Made by a program: the position numbers and the translations under genes. The notes beneath the pieces were generated by a model that searched no databases, was not told the DNA's origin, and saw only the letters and a list, made by a program, of their open reading frames with translations. 17,869 nt of DNA from Andalucia godoyi And28 (Eukaryota; Protista; Jakobida), in the NCBI GenBank assembly GCA_009859145.1, contig VRVR01000009.1, positions 315,621-333,489 on the forward strand, written 5' to 3'. Below are positions 1 through 6,640 of this stretch, piece by piece; positions within the stretch are counted from its first letter, which is position 1; the number at the start of each line of letters is the position of its first letter.

Positions 1-2
1 CC

Positions 3-212
3 AAGGCACTCATGGAATGGAATGGTAACACAGACGTCATTTCACTCAGCTCGCACATCAAATTCAGAACAGTGAAGAAGCCAGTCACTGCCCAGTCACA
101 ACCTCCTCCTTCAACATCACAACAACTACAGCAACATCGAAGCGACCACAACAACAATCCCAATCACGAGCGTCATCATCACGACCTGGGGCCGGAACCA
201 ATGAAAGAATAA
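3..212 (+). CDS. 3' end of a protein-coding gene entering from the left edge; low-complexity Q/P/N/H-rich C-terminal tail, product unknown
   Basis: Frame is open from position 3 (KALMEWNG...) to TAA at 210-212; ordered-looking segment followed by a Q/S/P/H/N-rich tail; A-rich sequence follows the stop. Confidence 0.5.
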   Translation, partial: KALMEWNGNTDVISLSSHIKFRTVKKPVTAQSQPPPSTSQQLQQHRSDHNNNPNHERHHHDLGPEPMKE

Positions 213-310
213 AAGAAGAACACACACCTAAAAGATGCGTGGCGATCAACTGAAGATAAACAATGGATGAAGGAAAGAAAGCGGACAGCACGTCTAGTTA
301 ATTTTTTGAT

Positions 311-380
311 TTCATGATGATCCGGGCTGAAATGGGTTGGAATACTTTTGCAAGAGTTCATAGCGTGCACGACTGATGGA
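311..380 (+). ncRNA. Weak candidate box C/D snoRNA
   Basis: ATGATGA (box C) at 314-320, CTGA (box D) at 373-376, 4-bp terminal stem TTCA/TGGA with one G-U, 70 nt, intergenic. No convincing rRNA guide recognised. Confidence 0.25.
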
Positions 381-544
381 TTTTCCGGATGCATAGGCAT
401 AATATTGAAGAATGGAAGGGTCCGATACCATGACCGCAATCCGATCCTTGGCTTGGTTTGTGAGCCATTCGTGCTTTGTGGTGCTCGAGTTACCGATGCC
501 TGGGTACCGACCGCCTAGAGAATCAGACGGACCCGATGAACGAG

Positions 545-762
545 GTAAGTTTTCCGTCATTCCTGGTGCAAATTTCGATTAATGTATATTTATGTGTGTG
601 TGTGTGTGAGGGAGAGGGAGAGGGAGAGAGCAGCAGCAGCAGCAGCAGCAATAAACAGGGAGAAGTAAAGGTTTTTTTTTTTTGGAAAACAAAAGAATGA
701 ACAAAAATTAAAATGGCGGTGAAACTGTCATTTTCCCGATTTTTTTCTGAACGCTAAAGCAG
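545..762 (+). other. Putative spliceosomal intron outside any recognised CDS (3' UTR or non-coding transcript)
   Basis: Consensus donor GAG|GTAAGT at 545; T-rich tract, branch-like TCTGAAC/GCTAAAG and GCAG| ending at 762; contains microsatellites. Confidence 0.45.
593..650. repeat. Compound microsatellite (TG)8-(AGGGAG)3-(AGC)7
   Basis: Read directly from the sequence. Confidence 0.95.
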
Positions 763-954
763 GTCACTGCGCACCACGCACCATCGCATGTTCTGGGAGG
801 CAAACCAGCGACACAGCCACCATGCACAAAAGATAGTCGAATGCCAATTCTCTATGGTATTCATTTATTTCTGATGAGGTTTTTCGTTTGCAGATTTTTC
901 GATGAACATGGCTTTTGACATTCTGGCTGCTATGAATACTTTCTTTTCGCGTGA

Positions 955-2016
955 TTACTGGACTGAAGGCAATCGCTTGAGAAAATCTCCCCCCAGGAAC
1001 TTGAACAGTTCCTTTGGTCGACCACCAGCAAGGAAATGAAGCCTCTTCACATCAACGTTCTGGGTTTGCAGAAATCCATCTTCTTGAAGCATTTTGATAA
1101 AGGCAGAACTCTCGTCAAGCGACCATTCTGGCAGGACAACTCGTTCAAAGAGCGCCTCCCCTCCAAACTTCTTCCCGAAGAAGAGTTCGTCTCGAATACC
1201 GGACCAGTTTCCATGTGGCCGCGAAGTGCTTGTCGAAGCAATTGTCGGAACAGTTCCCGATTTCATGACCTCGTACAGCGAAGAAGGAACTGAGAGTTGC
1301 GAAGCATGCAACTTCTTCGAGTCGGTTCCAACGTGGCTGGTGTTCGCCAGCAGCGAGTCAATCCCGTCCACAAGGATCGTGATTGGAACGCCGCGCTCCA
1401 CTAAGAATGGCAACTCTTTCATCAGAACATCCCACCCCAAAGGTGCCGAGTCTCTTTGCGAAATTCCAAACTCCAAAAGCTGACGAACAGACGAAACGTT
1501 CGTGGCAACGTCCTCGCCAGCACGCTTTCGAACCAGGGAATACTCTCGGGACAAGCCGACGTCCTGGAGTCGCTCGCCATATGACTCCTTGAAGCGACGC
1601 AAAAGATTCTGAGCCACATCCGTCTGGCCGTACCTGCCTCCATCCATCGGAATGATAAACGCTCCGTGATTTGCAAGAATATACGCGGATGGAACAGTAA
1701 GCAAGACTTGGTTGTTCGACAGTGCCCAGTCTGTAACTTGCATCAGCGCGACAGATTTTCCAACCCCAGGCTCTCCGTCAAAAACAATGCGAGGCTTCGT
1801 AGACGCTGATGATGTCGGTGATGCTGATGGTGGAGACAGTGGTGTGCTCGATTCAAGACAAGAAATAACAGATGAGACGGCATCGCGAAGAAGAAATCCA
1901 GCAGACTTTGTCTTTCGGAGCTCCAGAGCTCTACGAATCGGGTAGTCCACATGCTCCTGGATGGAAGCTGAACGAATTGGCGCAACCGTCGACGCGAAAC
2001 GAAGGAATCGAAGCAT
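955..2016 (-). CDS. DAP3: Mitochondrial small-subunit ribosomal protein mS29 (DAP3/Rsm23-like), P-loop protein, 353 aa
   Basis: ATG at 2016 gives an Arg-rich, acid-free N-terminus (MLRFLRFAS) typical of a mitochondrial presequence; P-loop FDGEPGVGKS; DAP3-like segment 'P..GGRYGQTDVAQNLLRRF'; Walker-B-like PITILVDG. The ORF-track extension to 2112 only translates the (TG)n repeat. Confidence 0.8.
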   Translation of the reverse strand: MLRFLRFASTVAPIRSASIQEHVDYPIRRALELRKTKSAGFLLRDAVSSVISCLESSTPLSPPSASPTSSASTKPRIVFDGEPGVGKSVALMQVTDWALSNNQVLLTVPSAYILANHGAFIIPMDGGRYGQTDVAQNLLRRFKESYGERLQDVGLSREYSLVRKRAGEDVATNVSSVRQLLEFGISQRDSAPLGWDVLMKELPFLVERGVPITILVDGIDSLLANTSHVGTDSKKLHASQLSVPSSLYEVMKSGTVPTIASTSTSRPHGNWSGIRDELFFGKKFGGEALFERVVLPEWSLDESSAFIKMLQEDGFLQTQNVDVKRLHFLAGGRPKELFKFLGGDFLKRLPSVQ

Positions 2017-2054
2017 CCTGCTCAATTCTACAAGCCGAAATGAACCAATCGTTC

Positions 2055-2058
<4 letters not shown>

Positions 2059-2098
<40 letters not shown>
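2059..2098. repeat. (AC)20 microsatellite; reads (TG)20 on the DAP3 sense strand
   Basis: Read directly; ends about 30 nt upstream of an acceptor-like TTGTAG preceding the DAP3 ATG. Confidence 0.97.
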
Positions 2099-2100
<2 letters not shown>

Positions 2101-2532
2101 CAAAAACGGCAAAACAAGCTGCTGCGTTCACAAACAGTGCACTTGAAGCGCTGAAAGCTACGGCGGGAAATTGCTCGCCCAAAGGAAGAAAAAACAGGCA
2201 AGAGGCAAAAAAGTCTCAGCAGTCGGCTGTAACATTAATGAAGAACGAGGGCATATCGGGCGTCCGCAGCTTGCAAGCTGGCTGCTGTGGTTTCGGACGC
2301 TCCGCCACTACTGACTTTTCCAAATCACTCTGGCAATGCATTGCGGCCACAGAACCGCGCAAAAACTAGCGATCGAGCGGACCCTGCAAACAGGTGTTGC
2401 TGCATAAAGAAGGTCGGGAGGTGAAAGAAAGATGACGCACGTCACGGCTGCTGCTTGTTTTCTCATTAATTTCAATTTTTAAACCCAGTTTAATTTCCAG
2501 AGAATTCACCACATTCGAGGCGGCTGCTGCTG

Positions 2533-4350
2533 CTACCTTTTCCTTCTTCTTCTACAAATATCAGAAATACAGGGAAACCAAACGCACACCGACGTGAAAC
2601 AACCACAGTAAGACGCGACGCTGTCGCTCACTTACTTTCCACCGCGGCCCTTAAGCTGACGAATACCGCGTCCGCGTCCCATCATTCCCGCCATTCCTGC
2701 TTGGCTAGCCGCCATGCCTCGGCCTCCTGCCTGCGGCTGCGCTCCGTCCAGTGGCTTTTCGCTTTCTGGGTTGCGAACCGTTTCATCAACCGAGAGAATC
2801 AAACAAGCGGCTTGGCAGGCAGCATCGAGGGCGTTGCGCTTCACCAGCGTAGGTTCCCAAACATGGCGATTGAACGTGTCACAGACTCCGCCATCGTTGA
2901 TGTCAACGCCGAACCACACCTTGCCATTGGCATGCGCTTGTCGCAGCTTGTTCAGAACATCCGTGGCATCAAATCCAGCGTTGTCCGCAAGCTGTCGGGG
3001 AATCACCTCAAGGGCACGGGCGAACGCGGCAATCATCAGCTGCGCCTTTCCAGCAATCGTCTTGCTTTCTTCCTTCAGGCAACGGGAAATCTCCATCTCA
3101 ATCGCTCCACCACCGGCAACTACTTCCGTGTGCTTCAGCGCACGTCGGACAATCATGATTGCGTCATGGAGAGAGCGCTCCGCTTCTTCAATGAACTGTT
3201 CTGCACCGCCACGAAGAACGATCGTTGCAGTTCGTGCAGACGGGCAGCCCGTAAACAGATTGTATCGTTCATTTCCTACTTGACGTTCCTCGAACGACGC
3301 ACACGTTCCCAAAACCGAGGGAATCAGATTGTTCACAGTAGTCTGAATTTGGGCTCCCGTCGCTTTGGCCATACGTCGCAAATCCTCATCCGCTACACGT
3401 CCCGCGCAGAAAAGACCACGGTCTGCAAAATACTGGGTCGCCAAATCACCAATGGCCAACTTGGAAAGAACGATGTTTGCTCCGGATTGGACAATCTTAT
3501 CAAGCTTGGAATAAATGATATCCCACTCCGCATCCACGATTGCTTGGTATTCGGACGGATCCTTCAGGCGAATCTCTGCGTTCTCTTTTTCCGCCTTGAG
3601 TTCAAGTTCCAGATTCAGCAGCAGAATTGTTGGCTGCTCAAAGTGCTTCTTCTGCTGTTCAAATCCAGCATAGGAAAACGTCTTTTTGAACGCGACTCCA
3701 TCAACCAAAAACGAATCCTGCAAAGCTCCTCCTTGAACCTTTTTGATACCAATCATGTCGAGTTCGAGTTCCTCATCTAGCGCCATTACTGCATCCACAA
3801 TCATATCTGCGAAGAAGGCTCCCTGGCCAGAAACCAGTTTCGATTGTAGCGTTGTCTCTGCGCAACGTGCAAGAAGCGTTCGCAGCTCTTCGCGGGACTT
3901 GTCGCGAAGACTTACAGAGAGTTGACTGAGTTTCTTGAGAGAGAGAGCGAGCGCTTGACGGAACGCGCGAATCACAAGCTGCTGGTGAACGCCTTCCTCG
4001 ATAAAAGTCTTTGCCTCCTTGAGGAATTCACACGCAAGGACAACCACAGATGTTGTACCGTCTCCGACTTCGGCGTCCTGTGATTTCGCAATGTCGACAA
4101 GGGTTTGAGCAGCCGGATGCACAATGTCCAGAGTCTTCATGATTGTCGCTCCATCGTTGGAAATGGTGACTTTTCTCGAGTCAAACATGAGCTTGTCCAT
4201 ACCGCGAGGGCCAAGAGTCGTGCGAACAATATCAGCAACAGACAAGCAAGCATTGATGTTTGCAAGACACTGCGACTTTCCTTGCGAGGTGTCGGTGCCA
4301 TCGCGCAAAAGGAGAATCGGCGTACCCATGCCGAACGAGTTTTGCATCAT
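2533..4350 (-). CDS. CCT7: T-complex protein 1 subunit eta (CCT7); main exon 4350-2636, probable 19-nt last exon 2551-2533
   Basis: Eta-specific N-terminus [17 protein letters not shown]; chaperonin motifs [35 protein letters not shown]; GR-rich tail. Start placed at ATG 4350. Unspliced ORF stops at 2632. Confidence 0.97.
2552..2635 (-). other. Putative 84-nt phase-2 intron at the extreme 3' end of CCT7
   Basis: AA|GTAAGT donor at 2635, branch-like TTCTGAT, TTTGTAG| acceptor at 2552; splicing gives the C-terminus GRGGKRRRKR followed by TAG. Confidence 0.65.
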
Positions 4351-4860
4351 TCTTGGGATATTCCGAGGGAAAATGCTGAAGGCAGAAAAAGAACAATGAA
4401 CAATGAACAATGAAGAAGAAGAAAAGACAACGCTCAAAGAAAAAAATAATAAAAGAATCTAGAGGGTGAACGCAGCACAATTTCTCGGAGCGGTCTGTAA
4501 GAAGAAGCCAAAGGAAAAGAACCCAGAAGAAAGCCGAAGAAAGCTCGCTAATCAAATGACGTTTCGAATGCGAAGTCAGCGGCGGGAGCCACAATGACCT
4601 GACACACCCACGGGGCGACAGGGTGCCTTTTATGTTTTTACGACTGGCGATGTGGCGCGGAGGTGCTTTAAAAACACGCCACAAAAAGAAAAGAAGCGGA
4701 GTGTCTGAGGACTCTTGGAAGCGTACGGTTTGTCTCGTTGCAGAGAAGATACGGCATGGAATGGCAGAGCGAATACAGCGTCCAAGTCTTGAAGGGATCC
4801 TTTCCCCCCCACAAGTTCATCATTATGACCAAATTGATCATTTCATACTTTTTATTATTA

Positions 4861-5346
4861 TTACAATTCAGCAATGCTTGGTTTCCTTCGTTTTGCCTCT
4901 TCCTTGACTCTGGCTTCGTATCGTGTTTTATCGGACACGAAGAGCTTGTATGCTTCTTCTTGGGCAGGGTCTTTTGGATTTGGAGTGGTAAGCAGGTCTT
5001 GGATCCCGATTAGTATCTCGCGCACTGTGATGCTTTGCGCCCATCCCTTCTCTTCGTTGAGAATGGATAGACACACAGTGCCGGATGGAAACACATTTGG
5101 ATGGAACAGTGGAGGCGAGAACCGGCATTTTGGAGGCTTGAGCGGATAGTCCTTTGGGAATTCAAGGACGAGCCGGTACTCTCCTCCTTCCCAAATTGTG
5201 CCAACACGACCCGGAATGCCGGCTTCCCACCGAAACAGATCGACTCCGCCATCAGGGAGTTTCGAGCATTTCGCCCAAAAACCATGAGGATGATCTTTTC
5301 TCCAGTTGCTCCGTTCGTTTTTCAGTCTCTCCGTTGCAATCGACAT
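4861..5346 (-). CDS. UBC9: SUMO-conjugating enzyme E2 (Ubc9), 161 aa
   Basis: Ubc9 signatures ERSNWRKDHPHGF, WEAGIPG, WEGG.Y, PPKCRF, FHPNVFPSGTVCLSIL (catalytic Cys), DPAQ.EAY. Start at ATG 5346 (MSIATERL). Confidence 0.97.
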   Translation of the reverse strand: MSIATERLKNERSNWRKDHPHGFWAKCSKLPDGGVDLFRWEAGIPGRVGTIWEGGEYRLVLEFPKDYPLKPPKCRFSPPLFHPNVFPSGTVCLSILNEEKGWAQSITVREILIGIQDLLTTPNPKDPAQEEAYKLFVSDKTRYEARVKEEAKRRKPSIAEL

Positions 5347-5546
5347 TTTTACGCACAACTGTGGGGGGGCAAAACAATCATATTTAAGTGCAATAATCGA
5401 GAAGCGAGAGCAAAGAAGCACTCAGGCTTTTTAAAAGCGTGACCTCGAGGACGAAAATGAGCATCGGCATGAGGGTAGCATTGATCCCTTGATGCCAACC
5501 CCGACCACCGAAAAATAATAATAATAAAAGAAACTCATCTCCCCGC

Positions 5547-5886
5547 TCGCCAAAACATGAACCATTATTGATCATTGGCTAAAGCTGTCACCAAAGACAG
5601 GTCCAAGCCACAAGCTGTTTTGTTTTTAATAATTACTCTTCAATGCAGACTGCTCTGCATCAAAGGGTCATCGCAACCACGAGTTTCTTGGTTCTCGGTG
5701 TCTTCGGGCAGCGCCGGGCTTGCATTTGCTGAGAAGATCCCTCTTTGGAGCCATGGGATGTTTTGTCTCTGGTGAAAGGTGCTGCTTGAGGGTTCGATTA
5801 TATAACACAAACTGAAAATAATAGTAAGAATAAAAAGTGAAGAGTGAAGAACGAAGAAATACTGGACTTGACTACGGTAGGAACAT
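5547..5886 (+). repeat. Copy A of a diverged ~340-nt dispersed non-coding module (inverted partner at 13813-14153)
   Basis: Colinear blocks with copy B, including a 23-nt perfect match GAAGATCCCTCTTTGGAGCCATG (5733-5755), 25/27 at 5805-5831 and 15/15 GACTTGACTACGGTA (5865-5879). Core 5640-5798 is roughly 80-85% identical by manual alignment. Confidence 0.93.
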
Positions 5887-6039
5887 CGCGTCCCTCCTCC
5901 GTAGGGTTAGATAAAGAAACGCCCGATATGATGTTGCTTGATGTCCACACACGCTATGGTCAATCGTGTTTTTTTCTTCTTTTGTCTTTTCTCCTGTTTT
6001 TCGCTTATTCGTTTGCCCTTCCGTGCGATTGATTGACAG
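5877..6039 (+). other. Putative 5' UTR intron linking repeat copy A to the gene at 6062
   Basis: ACG|GTAGGA donor at 5877; long pyrimidine tract about 5968-6020; first YAG after it (TTGACAG) at 6039. Nearby alternative AGs at 6043, 6048 and 6056. Confidence 0.5.
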
Positions 6040-6061
6040 ACAGCACAGTGTGGCAGAAAAG

Positions 6062-6629
6062 ATGAAATCAAGTATGTAGTTTTTCTTCTCTCAATACAAA
6101 ACAAAACAAAAGAAAACAAAAAAGAAAAGAAAAGAAAAGAAAAAAATACTGACGGATTGCATTTTTGAACGAACTGTTTCCAGAGAAGAAGCTCCGGCTG
6201 CAGAATCGAAAGCGAGAACAGCTGCACCAGGAAATTGAAGAGCGAAAAGAGAATGACATGGTGGACCTCATCTCGGCATTTGGCATTTCCGAGACCGCGA
6301 GAAAACCTCCGCTTCCACGAACGCGCATCAGCACGGATGCGTTTTCCCTCGAATCACTGCTTGGTATGAGGTTTGGCATGAATTCTATCAGTCTGTCGGG
6401 CGACGCACCTCGGTTTTCCGTTGGCTTGGAAGAAGATGCGGTGACCGGGAAAGAGACACCTGCTGCCGCAAAGGTGCAGACATCAGCACCATCTTCGGCG
6501 CCGCGGGTGAAGAAACAGGAGTTGAAACGCGGGCAAAAGCAACGGCAGCGGGAGTCCGAGTCGAGAGCATCGGCCTATTTGGAGAAGCTCCAAAAGTCCG
6601 CTGGAAGACCAGACAAGAAAAGAAGATGA
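6062..6629 (+). CDS. Small basic protein (151 aa) with a 112-nt intron at 6072-6183; possibly nucleolar, with a C-terminus loosely like Alb1/Ecm1 pre-60S factors
   Basis: Exon 1 ATGAAATCAA|GTATGT; branch TACTGAC; TTTCCAG| at 6183; splicing is in frame (MKSKKKLRLQNRKRE...). K/R-rich ends. The Alb1/Ecm1 resemblance (KQRQR..RA.AY.EKL.KS..R) is a weak by-eye inference. Confidence 0.75.
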
Positions 6630-6640
6630 CGCAGATTTGC

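Noticed and set aside
356-365. GTTCATAGCG identical to a conserved large-subunit rRNA segment
   Set aside because: Sense rather than antisense relative to the C/D boxes, and a 10-nt match to several kb of rRNA is expected by chance.
2251-2262. 12-nt match ACGCCCGATATG shared with about 5919-5930
   Set aside because: Isolated 12-mers are expected many times by chance in an 18-kb two-strand comparison; no flanking similarity.
2701-3780. 359-aa plus-strand ORF, and many similar ORFs opposite CCT7, FAM184-like, DAP3 and the cyclase
   Set aside because: Antisense shadow ORFs of well-supported genes with no recognisable motifs.
5644-5732. Sense-strand ORF in the module (MQTALHQ.../MRIDLHQ...)
   Set aside because: Almost all differences between the copies are non-synonymous and the frame breaks after about 25 codons.
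5712-5760. TPP riboswitch-like GGG...GCTGAGA..ATCCC in copy A
   Set aside because: The CUGAGA motif is lost in copy B (GTTGGGA), and the downstream CCUGA...GCG.AGG half of the aptamer is absent.
5770-5800. tRNA/Pol III B-box-like GGTTCGAT in both module copies
   Set aside because: Lacks the closing CC, no cloverleaf, and no properly spaced A-box; not a tRNA.
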